Positions 1 through 8,725 of a stretch of 64,000 nucleotides of DNA are shown in pieces; positions within the stretch are counted from its first letter, which is position 1; the number at the start of each line of letters is the position of its first letter. This DNA is from an uncultured Planctomycetales bacterium (GTDB lineage Bacteria > Planctomycetota > UBA1135): the NCBI GenBank assembly GCA_964637165.1, contig CAZWVI010000005.1, positions 70,322-134,321 of the forward strand. The letters run 5' to 3'. The notes beneath the pieces were generated by a model, which saw nothing but the letters and a program-made list of their open reading frames with translations, searched no databases and was not told the DNA's origin. A program made the translations under genes and the position numbers.

Positions 1-178
1 ATTATGCCTTATAAAAGTCACAGGAATTAGCAATAATTGGCCGAAATATACATTAGGCTTAGATTACTGGCCGTAATTGGGAACTACTTTGTAGATTGCC
101 ACGTCAAAAAATGGCAAGAACACCCCTCGTAAAGGCTTTTCCTGAAAGCCGTAACCACCAACCTTACAAAGACTTAAG

Positions 179-2149
179 ATGATTTTAGTCAGCCTCGCAC
201 TAGCACTTTCACCAAGTGTCCCACTCCAAGGCGGAGATCTGCTCCCTTTGGAGCAGACCAACCGCTATCTCGAACCGACCCGTTTGGCCTTAAAAACCCT
301 CGATTGGGACAGCCGATGGGGTCGCCCTCAAGCTCCAGTTGGCCAACTTGGCTACACCCTTCCTGAGGCCACCAACGCCGGTTATTACTATGTCCAGGCC
401 GGCGAATCTAATTGGGCAGAGCTCAAGGAACTGGTTTATCAGCATGGCGGCCAGGTTTTTGATTACCTGCCGCACAATGGTTTCGAAGCGCGCATTCCTG
501 CGACCGAAGTTCCAACCATTAACGCCCACGCCTTAATGGTGATTCCTGCTCACCCGGCATACAAAGTTGACCCAGAATTGGGCACTTGGGGAACAATTGA
601 GTTCGCTACTGATGGCCGTATGCAAGTTGCGCTTGAATTTTGGCCTGACCAAGATTTGTCTGAGCAAGAAGACGTAATCCGCGCGCTTGACATCCAAATT
701 CTCGAAACCAATTCAACAGCTCGCTACTTGCGCGCCTTGGTTCGCGCTAACCAACAAGAAGTTGTGGCTCTGGCGCGCATGCACGGCGTACGTTGGATTC
801 AAGAAAACGCAATTGCGCAACAACGCAATGATAAATCTAAATGGGTAATCCAAACGTACAACAATGGAGACACCAAAATTTGGGATAAAGGCATTCGCGG
901 CGAAGGCGTAACTGTTGGTCACATTGATGGCCGCGTTAAAGAAAGCTCTTGCTACTTTGACGATCCAAGCGGTGCTGCGGTTGGTTCAAATCACCGCAAG
1001 ATTAAGTGGATGGGTAGTGGTTCAGGCCAAGACTCACACGGAACTCACACTGCCGGTTCAGCGGTTGGTGACCGCGAGCCCGTAAATGGTTCGACCGCTA
1101 ATAATGGAATGGCGCCCGGCGCATGGTTGGTTCACCAATCAGGTTTCCCCGGAAGTAACTCACTTGATACATGGTTGAACAACGCCCACAACAATGGTGG
1201 ACGACTTCACACGAATTCATGGGGTAACGATTGGACAACTTCATACGACAACTGGTGTCGTGACATCGATGCATACTCGCACGACAACGAAGATGGTTTA
1301 GTTTGCTTTGCGGAAACTAACGGCTCAAAAGCTAAGAACCCAGAGAACGCTAAAAACGTTTTGGCAGTTGCTGCCGCTTCAAAGACTAACCCGGAAAACC
1401 ACGGAAGTGGTGGGGTTGGCCCAACTGCAGATGGTCGCCGTAAGCCTGAAGTATTCGCCCCTGGTTGTTCAACAACTTCGGCATCTACCGCATCATGTGG
1501 AACTACTTCCATGTGTGGAACATCAATGGCTTGCCCAGTTGTGACTGGTGGCGCAGCTTTGATTAAACAATACTTTGAAGATGGTTGGTACCCAAGTGGT
1601 TCGCCAATCGCCGCCGATGGCTTTACTCCTTCTGGTGCATTGCTACGCGCGATGCTCGTCAATAGTTCAGTCAACATGACTGGAATCTCCGGTTACATGG
1701 GCAACAAAGAAGCTTATGGTCGCATCTTGTTGGATAACTCAATGTACTTTGTAAATGATGCTCGTCGTAATTACGTTGCTGATATCCCGCATGCCAATGG
1801 CTTGAACACGGGCGACAACAAGTACTTCTCATTCACGCTGCCTGCTGGCAAAAGTGAATTGCGTTTGACTCTAGCATTTTCTGATGAGCCTGGTGCTGCC
1901 AACGCTTCCAACCCAGTAGTGAACGACATCAACTTGCGTCTACGCGCACCTGATGGAACCATCTACCATGGTGGTATTTTGAACACTACAGATGGAACTG
2001 CAACTGCTAATCCAACAACTCAAGACGCGAAGAACAGCATTGAGCAAATCTTGTTGAACAATCCTCAAGGTGGAACTTACTGGATTCACGTTGAAGGTAA
2101 AAACGTACCATCAGGCCCGCAAGGTTACGCCGGAGTTTTAAGCTTCTAA
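179..2149 (+). CDS. Secreted subtilisin-like (S8) serine protease with C-terminal P-domain-like region
   Basis: 656-aa ORF. Subtilase motifs occur in D-H-S order (VGHIDGRV, HGTHTAGS, GTSMACPVVTGG). The C-terminal beta-rich tail (GTYWIHVEGKN) resembles a proprotein-convertase P-domain. The N-terminus is hydrophobic. Confidence 0.85.
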   Translation: MILVSLALALSPSVPLQGGDLLPLEQTNRYLEPTRLALKTLDWDSRWGRPQAPVGQLGYTLPEATNAGYYYVQAGESNWAELKELVYQHGGQVFDYLPHNGFEARIPATEVPTINAHALMVIPAHPAYKVDPELGTWGTIEFATDGRMQVALEFWPDQDLSEQEDVIRALDIQILETNSTARYLRALVRANQQEVVALARMHGVRWIQENAIAQQRNDKSKWVIQTYNNGDTKIWDKGIRGEGVTVGHIDGRVKESSCYFDDPSGAAVGSNHRKIKWMGSGSGQDSHGTHTAGSAVGDREPVNGSTANNGMAPGAWLVHQSGFPGSNSLDTWLNNAHNNGGRLHTNSWGNDWTTSYDNWCRDIDAYSHDNEDGLVCFAETNGSKAKNPENAKNVLAVAAASKTNPENHGSGGVGPTADGRRKPEVFAPGCSTTSASTASCGTTSMCGTSMACPVVTGGAALIKQYFEDGWYPSGSPIAADGFTPSGALLRAMLVNSSVNMTGISGYMGNKEAYGRILLDNSMYFVNDARRNYVADIPHANGLNTGDNKYFSFTLPAGKSELRLTLAFSDEPGAANASNPVVNDINLRLRAPDGTIYHGGILNTTDGTATANPTTQDAKNSIEQILLNNPQGGTYWIHVEGKNVPSGPQGYAGVLSF

Positions 2150-2151
2150 AG

Positions 2152-2838
2152 CTATTTCAGGCGATACCCGACCCCGCGCACTGTTAATAGGTGCGCGGGG
2201 TCGTTTGCATTTTGTTCAAAACGTTTGCGTAAACGCACCACGAAATTGTCCACTGTGCGCGGAGTCGGATCAGCTTCGGTGCCCCAAATTTTGTCGAGGA
2301 TTTCGTTGCGACTAACAATGCCGCCACGGGCCTCGATTAACATTCTTAAGATGCCTAATTCTTTGCGCGGCAAAGTTTCAATTGTGCCATCAATTGCACA
2401 AGCTTCGTGAGTTTCTAAATCAACCCAACCTTGGCCGATTTTAATTTTGGCCTCGACAGTAGTGCTATTCCAGCCAGCGCGGCGCAAAATTGCTTCAATC
2501 CGTGCAAGCAATTCATCGAGGTGAAATGGTTTGACTAGGTAGTCATCACCGCCGGCGTGTAATCCGGCAACGCGGTCGCGCGGCAAGTCGCGGGCAGTTA
2601 AGAATAACACTGGCGTGCGTACTCCTTCCTCGCGCAAGCGGCGGCAAACTTCAAAGCCGTCAATGCCTGGCAACATCACATCCAACAAAATTAAATCGAC
2701 GCCATCGCTGCGCGCTTGTTCAAGACCAGATTCGCCATTGTCTACGGCAATCACCTTATAGCCCTCGGCTTCAAGGTTATCGCAGACCAGGCGTTGAATG
2801 CGTGGTTCGTCTTCTACTACTAGGATTCGTTTACTCAT
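2152..2838 (-). CDS. OmpR-family response regulator (receiver + winged-helix)
   Basis: Receiver motifs ILVVEDEP, LILLDVMLPGIDG and LVKPF, with a C-terminal winged helix ending LTVRGVGYRLK. I place the start at MSKRILVV (ATG 2838). That start overlaps the kinase stop by 8 nt, whereas the ORF track extends to 2931. Confidence 0.9.
   Translation of the reverse strand: MSKRILVVEDEPRIQRLVCDNLEAEGYKVIAVDNGESGLEQARSDGVDLILLDVMLPGIDGFEVCRRLREEGVRTPVLFLTARDLPRDRVAGLHAGGDDYLVKPFHLDELLARIEAILRRAGWNSTTVEAKIKIGQGWVDLETHEACAIDGTIETLPRKELGILRMLIEARGGIVSRNEILDKIWGTEADPTPRTVDNFVVRLRKRFEQNANDPAHLLTVRGVGYRLK
2169..2215 (+). terminator. Intrinsic terminator of the protease gene, embedded in the convergent response-regulator CDS
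   Basis: A perfect 13-bp stem CGACCCCGCGCAC/GTGCGCGGGGTCG (2169-2181 / 2191-2203) with a 9-nt loop is followed by TTTGCATTTTGTT. It begins 20 nt after the protease stop. Confidence 0.6.
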
Positions 2839-3871
2839 GGGAAGTTGTGGTTGCCCACTTGATGCTAAAGCACGCACCATTTCCGGTGCCGGGGGAGTGG
2901 GCATTAATTGTGGCACCTTGGGCGTGGACAAGTTCGGCGACTAAGTAAAGACCCAGTCCGGTGCCTGGTGAAGTGCGCACACGCTCATCGCCAGCGCGCC
3001 AAAACCGTTCAAACAATCGTGTTTGTTGTTTTGCTGAAAAACCCACGCCTTTATCGCTAACGTCTAAAACTGCCAATCCATTATGGGATTTGAGAGTGAC
3101 GTTAATTTGGCTGCCTTCACCATACTTGCGGGCATTGTCTAGCAAGTTATGAATGATTGGATTGAAGGCGGCCGGATCGGCTTCTGCATAAATATCGTCA
3201 GCAATTTTTATCGACAGTAAATTTTCAAATGCCGGGTTGCTATGTTTCCAGGCCTTGATGGAAATGTTAATCGCACGACTTAAATCAATAGAACTGATTT
3301 GCGGATTTAAAGCGCGCGCATCAAGCCGTCCAACTAAGAGCACATTGTCAACCAAGGATTCCAAGCGGCCAATATCCTCGACCATCATTTTGCCGTATTC
3401 AATAGCGCGCGTTGGGTCTGGGCGACGCTGCAATGATTCCACGGCCAAGCGTAATGCTTGCAAGGGTGAACGAAACTCATGCGTTACCGAGTGCAGGAAA
3501 TTTGATTCTTGCAGTACTAACTGACGATCGCGGCGGGCAGTTCTTAATAAAAACCAAACTGCAAATCCCCATAGCAGTAAAAAGAAACTGCCCTCGCCGA
3601 TGACCATCACCCGATGCCTGTGGCGGCGCTCTTCAAGTGCTCGCAAGTCGCGCATATTTAGCTGGGCCTCTCCAGAAATTTTAGTCTCGAACTGTTGGCG
3701 CTCGATTAACGAGTTATAGTCACTCTGATATACCTCATCTCCCTTGTGCCAAAGTTGTAATCCCCACCATCCAAGCTGGATTGCAAACAGTCCAGCAATT
3801 AGCGTGATTAACAAGGGGAGGCGCTGATTCATCGCATGATTACAATAAGCCACCCGTGAGTTTTTCGTCAC
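2831..3871 (-). CDS. Sensor histidine kinase (HisKA + HATPase_c), two N-terminal TM segments
   Basis: H-box HEFRSPL, N-box HNLLDNARKY, G-boxes DKGVGF and GTGLGL. The start could alternatively be the internal MNQRLPLL (3832). Confidence 0.85.
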   Translation of the reverse strand: MTKNSRVAYCNHAMNQRLPLLITLIAGLFAIQLGWWGLQLWHKGDEVYQSDYNSLIERQQFETKISGEAQLNMRDLRALEERRHRHRVMVIGEGSFFLLLWGFAVWFLLRTARRDRQLVLQESNFLHSVTHEFRSPLQALRLAVESLQRRPDPTRAIEYGKMMVEDIGRLESLVDNVLLVGRLDARALNPQISSIDLSRAINISIKAWKHSNPAFENLLSIKIADDIYAEADPAAFNPIIHNLLDNARKYGEGSQINVTLKSHNGLAVLDVSDKGVGFSAKQQTRLFERFWRAGDERVRTSPGTGLGLYLVAELVHAQGATINAHSPGTGNGACFSIKWATTTSHE

Positions 3872-3944
3872 AAACGCATCACCACCGCGAATTCCTTAAA
3901 CCAAGAGCATTGTCGCCCATCGGCGGCAAATCACCCAGATACCC

Positions 3945-5132
3945 ATGCCAAACCGCATTCCGGCCGATTGGTCGCCCGTAAAAATAATTTCGACTGCCGA
4001 TGAACTGGCGGTAGCCATCACCGAGTGGGAGAGCGCTGGATATTTCGGAATCGATACTGAATCGAATTCTTTTTATGCCTACACCGATGCTTTGTGCCTG
4101 CTGCAAGTTACTGCCAATGGCCAAGATTGGATAGTTGACCCACTTGCTTTAGGAGAAGACCTCAAAGCGATTAATCACTTGTTGGCCGATCCCGAATTTC
4201 CCACCATCTTGCACGCCGCCGAATTTGATTTGATGTTGCTCAAGAAGGACTTGGATGTTGATTTGCGCGGCTTGTTTGATACTCAAGTTGCCATGACCTT
4301 ATTGCAACATGAAAAAACCGGGCTGGCGGCCTTAATTGAATCCTATTATGGAATGAAATTGTCGAAAAAGGAGCAACGCTCAAATTGGGGCAAGCGACCG
4401 CTGACCGAATCGCAGCTCGCTTATGCGCAAATCGATACTCACTTTCTCCCGGATTTGCATAGTAAGTTAATGGCTGAGTTGGAAGAGAAAGGCATGACTG
4501 GTGCCGCCGAAGGTGAATTTCGCCGACAAGAACGTGAAATTCTTTCTCCGCGCGCTCCTGATTTTTCGCGTTGGAAAAAATTAAAAGGTGCGCGACAGTT
4601 AGAACCCGCCGCGGCCGCGCGTTTGCGTGAAGTATTCCGCTGGCGTGAAGAACTTGCCATTCAATTGGATAAGCCAGTATTTAGAGTAATGCCGAATGAT
4701 GCTGTCATTGATATCGCCAAGCGGCCGCCAACCACGGTCAAAGAATTGGCTGGCATGCGTGGAGTTGGCTGGAATCTGGCCAAGCGTAATGGTCAAGATA
4801 TTTTGGATGCTTTGGCCGCTGCCGCTGGGCAAACCGTGGAATCTCATGTGCCACCTAAACTTAGTTCAGAAGAACGCCAGCAATATAAAATCCAACGCGA
4901 AAACCGCGACACTATGCGCAAGTGGCGCAAGAAAATTGCTGACCAGCTGGGTTTGCCAAGTGAACGTCTAATGCACCGTCGTCACCTTGAAGAATTGGCT
5001 AAATCGTTGCCACGTACACGCGATGAATTAAATAAAGCGGTTCACTTAAATGACTGGCAACGCGATAATCTTGAAGACTCATTACTCGAAGCGTTAATCG
5101 CGCTTCCTGACCCCAACCAACCCGGAGACTAA
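3945..5132 (+). CDS. rnd: Ribonuclease D (DEDDy 3-prime-5-prime exonuclease + HRDC)
   Basis: Exo motifs GIDTESNSFY, HAAEFDL and YAQIDTHFL, followed by an HRDC-like helical region (RLREVFRWREELA). Confidence 0.85.
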   Translation: MPNRIPADWSPVKIISTADELAVAITEWESAGYFGIDTESNSFYAYTDALCLLQVTANGQDWIVDPLALGEDLKAINHLLADPEFPTILHAAEFDLMLLKKDLDVDLRGLFDTQVAMTLLQHEKTGLAALIESYYGMKLSKKEQRSNWGKRPLTESQLAYAQIDTHFLPDLHSKLMAELEEKGMTGAAEGEFRRQEREILSPRAPDFSRWKKLKGARQLEPAAAARLREVFRWREELAIQLDKPVFRVMPNDAVIDIAKRPPTTVKELAGMRGVGWNLAKRNGQDILDALAAAAGQTVESHVPPKLSSEERQQYKIQRENRDTMRKWRKKIADQLGLPSERLMHRRHLEELAKSLPRTRDELNKAVHLNDWQRDNLEDSLLEALIALPDPNQPGD

Positions 5133-5134
5133 AA

Positions 5135-5377
5135 ATGAAAAAATTCCTAATGGGCATTGTTGCCCTAACTTTAATTGCCATGCCTGCATGTGCGAACTTG
5201 TGCGCTGACAAGAGTGCATGTGCTAGCGATTGCACCGATTGCACTACTGAGCAGAAAGCTGAGTGCGCTGGCGAAGGCGCTTGCGATAAGGCAAAGTGCG
5301 AAACTGAAAAGAAAGCTGCTCAATGCTGTGCCGATGCTAAAGCATTGGGAAAAGACTGCGATAGCTGCGCTAAGTAG
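5135..5377 (+). CDS. Small cysteine-rich putative lipoprotein (possible metal-binding)
   Basis: 80 aa. The signal peptide MKKFLMGIVALTLIAMPAC has a lipobox-like end. There are 12 Cys in the last 62 residues (CxxxC, CxxC and CC spacings). A GGAG sits 9 nt upstream of the ATG, and the gene starts 2 nt after the rnd stop. Confidence 0.6.
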   Translation: MKKFLMGIVALTLIAMPACANLCADKSACASDCTDCTTEQKAECAGEGACDKAKCETEKKAAQCCADAKALGKDCDSCAK

Positions 5378-5385
5378 TCTTTGCT

Positions 5386-5404
5386 AAATAGCTATTAGCT
5401 ATTT
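5386..5404. terminator. AT-rich palindrome between convergent genes (possible bidirectional terminator)
   Basis: AAATAGCT-ATT-AGCTATTT, with 8-bp arms. It overlaps the stop of the COG0523 gene. The stem is weak and AT-rich, so this is tentative. Confidence 0.3.
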
Positions 5405-6387
5405 ATTTCGCTAGCCTGTAAACCACGGGCTAGCGATTTTTTATTTAAATTGCGACCGATAAAAACTAATTCAGTACGGCGCGCTTGCTCGCCCCAAGCT
5501 GGGCCGGCCGCAACGTTAAAGAGTTCATAAGTGCCCTGAAGAATTGCTTGTTCGGCATGCCCGTCCAAGTTTAGAAATCCTTTCCAGCGCACTAATTCAC
5601 CACTATGGGCGCTGGCAATTGAATTGAACCAAAGCTCTGCGCGCAAAGGGTCGAGGGCGATGTCGCTAGTTAAGCTGACTGAGCTTAATCCTTGGTGCCC
5701 TTGGCCCGGACTCTGCTGACTGAGTTTTTCAATTTCAGCGAGCTTACGCATTGGGCGTTCGGCAAAAATATCGTCCAAGCTGACTTCAGCTTGCGTACAT
5801 GAAACAACTGTGGCCGCGGGATTAATCGTGGAAATAAGTTGCTGGCAGTTTGCTAAGTCTTGCTCCGAAACCAAATCAATTTTATTGAGTACCAACAAAT
5901 CGGCTAAGGCAATTTGGTCGTGAGCGGCGGCGGAGTCATTGATGGCGCGCTCGACGTGCAGGGCATCGACCATGGTGATTACCGCGTCAATGCGATAACG
6001 AGCTGCGATATCTTCTTCGACCAAAAAACTTCGTAAGAGTGGGGCGGGTTCGGCCACGCCGGTAGTTTCAAGTAAAACTCGATCAAATTTGCGCGCCGGA
6101 AGTAAACCAAATCCACGCCGCGCTTGCAGTCGTTTTAAGGTTTTGACGAGGTCGCCGCGTACCGCACAACAAACGCATCCGTTTGAAAGTTCAACAATGT
6201 TTTCATCGGAGCGCACTACCAGTCGTTGGTCGACACCGATTTCGCCAAACTCGTTAACTAAAACCGCAAAGCGTTGACCGCTTGAAGTGTTGAGAATGCG
6301 ATTTAGCAAAGTGGTTTTTCCGGCGCCGAGCCAACCACTTAGGAGGGTGGTCGGGGTACGGAAATCAAAGGGGTCGGCGGGCGGCAT
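5395..6387 (-). CDS. COG0523-family (CobW/ZigA/YeiR-like) metallochaperone GTPase
   Basis: Walker A GWLGAGKTTLLNRIL, metal-binding GCVCC motif (NGCVCCAVRGDL), ETTGVAEP and LNKIDL, plus a CobW_C-like tail. I place the start at MPPADPF (6387). The longer ORF to 6519 would overlap priA. Confidence 0.85.
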   Translation of the reverse strand: MPPADPFDFRTPTTLLSGWLGAGKTTLLNRILNTSSGQRFAVLVNEFGEIGVDQRLVVRSDENIVELSNGCVCCAVRGDLVKTLKRLQARRGFGLLPARKFDRVLLETTGVAEPAPLLRSFLVEEDIAARYRIDAVITMVDALHVERAINDSAAAHDQIALADLLVLNKIDLVSEQDLANCQQLISTINPAATVVSCTQAEVSLDDIFAERPMRKLAEIEKLSQQSPGQGHQGLSSVSLTSDIALDPLRAELWFNSIASAHSGELVRWKGFLNLDGHAEQAILQGTYELFNVAAGPAWGEQARRTELVFIGRNLNKKSLARGLQASEINS

Positions 6388-6422
6388 TAGCTGATGGGGG
6401 ACAACAAAGTCAGGAATAAATA

Positions 6423-6436
6423 CAGTAACGTTACGG
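6423..6436. promoter_or_regulatory. Candidate operator palindrome in the COG0523/priA divergent spacer
   Basis: A perfect 10-bp palindrome GTAACGTTAC (6425-6434) sits inside the 80-bp divergent intergenic region. It does not match any Zur or Fur consensus that I can recall. Confidence 0.25.
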
Positions 6437-6467
6437 ATAGTATCACGTCTTATTACAATGACTCGGC

Positions 6468-8720
6468 ATGTCTGAACAACAGGGCTTTTTGTTTGAGGTG
6501 CCAGGTGGCAAGTATGCACGCGTGGCCCTGGACACCCCTGTTCGCCGCGAGTTCAGTTATCGAATCCCTGAATGTTTTGGTGAAGTTGAAGAGGGCTGTC
6601 GCGTTCAAGTGCCATTTGGTACCCGCCAAATGGTTGGTGTAATTGTGGGGATTGACCCACACATACCAACCGGTTTGAACCCAGCTCGGGTGCGAGACAT
6701 CACCCTGCTTTTGGATAATCAAGCATTAGTAACTCCGGCCTTATTACGCTTGGGTCGTTTCATCGCCGATAGTTCTTTTTGTTCGTGGGGCCAAGCTTTG
6801 GCGGCGATGTTGCCGGCGGCCTTGCGCAAAAACCGTGGTCGTCGCACTATTTCAACAATTGAGTTGGTGAAGATGCCGGAAGACGAAGAGTTGCAAGAAT
6901 TGGCCGAGCGTTGGCCCAAACAGGAAAAAGCTTTGGCGTGGTTGCAGCAAGCAGGCGGGCCGGTTGAAGTGCGAGACTTCTTAAACCGAACCGGCTTATC
7001 GAAATCGCCGCTTGATAGCTTGGCGAAAAAGGGCTTGCTTAAGTTCGGCCGTCGCCATCAAGTTTTTGATCCCTTTGCAGGGGTTGAAGTTCCAAAAGAT
7101 CAGCCACCGCAGCTGACCGACGCTCAATCGGAATGTGTTCGTCAAGTAAATGCGAGTCTTGAATCGCGCAAGCATGCTGATTTTTTATTACATGGAATAA
7201 CCGGTTCAGGCAAGACCGAAGTTTATTTGCACGCCTTGGCCAAGTGTTTAGAGCAGGGCCGAGGTGCCATCATTTTGGTGCCAGAAATTGCGCTTACCCC
7301 GCAAACGGTTTCGCGCTTTCGCGCACGCTGCAAGGAGATTGCGGTATTGCATTCAGGTCTAACTGACGCTGAACGCCACGACCAATGGGTTGCCTTGCGT
7401 GAAGGTCGTTTACGAGTGGTTGTTGGTGCGCGTTCAGCGCTGTTTGCTCCCATAAAGGATTTGGGCTTGATTGTGTTGGACGAGGAGCACGAATCTTCTT
7501 TCAAGCAGGAATCGACTCCGCGTTATCACGCGCGCGATGCGGCCCGCGAGTTGGCTCATCTAACCGGCGCAGTCTGTGTGCTTGGTTCGGCAACTCCCGC
7601 TTTGGAGACTTTTGCTGCGGCAGAACGCGGCGAATTACATTTACTCGAGTTGTCCAAACGTGTTGCCGGTGGTGCTTTGCCGCCAGTGGAAGTGGTCGAT
7701 ATGCGTTTGGAAAAACCCGACAAGAAAAATTGGCTGGTAGTTTCTGATCCACTGGCGCGAGCTATGGAGCAGTGTTTTGGCCGCGGCGAACGGGCGATTT
7801 TGTTTTTGAATCGTCGCGGCTTTGCGCCGGCATGGCATTGCCGGACTTGCGGTTCGACGGTCAAGTGTGGACAGTGCGACGTGGCAATGACTTATCACCG
7901 TTGGCGCGAGCGGGCTCTATGCCACTATTGCATGCAAGAGTGGCCGATCCCAACCAGCTGTCAAGATTGCGAAGAGCCAATTTCTTTAGTCGGGGTAGGG
8001 ACTGAGCGAGCCGAGCAAACTATTAATCGAATGTTTCCCGGCATTCGCATCGCGCGTATGGATCGCGACACCATGGTGCGCCGCGAATCCTACGAAGAGT
8101 TGTTGGGTGATTTTGCCGCTGGCAAATACGACATATTGTTGGGTACTCAAATGGTTGCCAAGGGATTGGACTTCCATGACGTGACGCTGGTCGGAGTTCT
8201 TGATGCCGACACTGCTCTTCATCATCCCGACTTTCGCGCCGCCGAACGATGTTTCGATTTGATAGCCCAAGTTGGAGGGCGTGCTGGGCGTAGCCACCTC
8301 GGCGGAAAAGTTGTGGTGCAAACGTGGATCCCCGAACATTTTTCAATTCGCGCCGCGGCCAAGCACGATTATTTTGCTTTTGCTAAAGAAGAAATGAAGG
8401 AGCGCGAGCAGTGGGGGTATCCGCCATTTGCACAGATGGTCAAGATTCAAATTGAAGCGCAGGACCGTGAGCGTGCCCATGCTCAAGCACTAGCGGTGGC
8501 GGAAAAATTACGGATTGCCGGTGGCCTAGATGCGCCAACAGGAGAATCTCAAATTGCTCCTGGCGTGCGTATGTTGGGGCCTGCGCCACCGCCAATTGAA
8601 AAAGTTAAGAACCGCTTTCGCCAAGTTATTTTGTTGAAGGCCGAAGGTCGTGATGAAATACGAACATTGCTTCCGGCCTTATATGAAGTGTGCGAGAAGC
8701 ATGCGGTGATTCCTAATTAA
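6468..8720 (+). CDS. priA: Primosomal protein N-prime, replication restart helicase PriA
   Basis: Walker A GITGSGKT, DEEH box, Cys-rich zinc region CRTCGSTVKCGQCDVAMTYH...CHYC...CQDC, and a C-terminal helicase lobe. Confidence 0.92.
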   Translation: MSEQQGFLFEVPGGKYARVALDTPVRREFSYRIPECFGEVEEGCRVQVPFGTRQMVGVIVGIDPHIPTGLNPARVRDITLLLDNQALVTPALLRLGRFIADSSFCSWGQALAAMLPAALRKNRGRRTISTIELVKMPEDEELQELAERWPKQEKALAWLQQAGGPVEVRDFLNRTGLSKSPLDSLAKKGLLKFGRRHQVFDPFAGVEVPKDQPPQLTDAQSECVRQVNASLESRKHADFLLHGITGSGKTEVYLHALAKCLEQGRGAIILVPEIALTPQTVSRFRARCKEIAVLHSGLTDAERHDQWVALREGRLRVVVGARSALFAPIKDLGLIVLDEEHESSFKQESTPRYHARDAARELAHLTGAVCVLGSATPALETFAAAERGELHLLELSKRVAGGALPPVEVVDMRLEKPDKKNWLVVSDPLARAMEQCFGRGERAILFLNRRGFAPAWHCRTCGSTVKCGQCDVAMTYHRWRERALCHYCMQEWPIPTSCQDCEEPISLVGVGTERAEQTINRMFPGIRIARMDRDTMVRRESYEELLGDFAAGKYDILLGTQMVAKGLDFHDVTLVGVLDADTALHHPDFRAAERCFDLIAQVGGRAGRSHLGGKVVVQTWIPEHFSIRAAAKHDYFAFAKEEMKEREQWGYPPFAQMVKIQIEAQDRERAHAQALAVAEKLRIAGGLDAPTGESQIAPGVRMLGPAPPPIEKVKNRFRQVILLKAEGRDEIRTLLPALYEVCEKHAVIPN

Positions 8721-8725
8721 AGGAA

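Noticed and set aside
2839-2931. N-terminal extensions proposed by the longest-ORF calls: response regulator to 2931, COG0523 to 6519, small membrane protein to 24386, and the 12-TM protein from 44725.
   Set aside because: The extensions overlap upstream genes or divergent promoters, are compositionally atypical, and precede canonical family N-termini that have plausible internal start codons.
5175-5387. A 70-aa alternative-frame ORF overlapping the Cys-rich mini-protein gene.
   Set aside because: The 5135-5377 frame has a proper RBS, a signal peptide and regular Cys spacing. The alternative frame has none of these.
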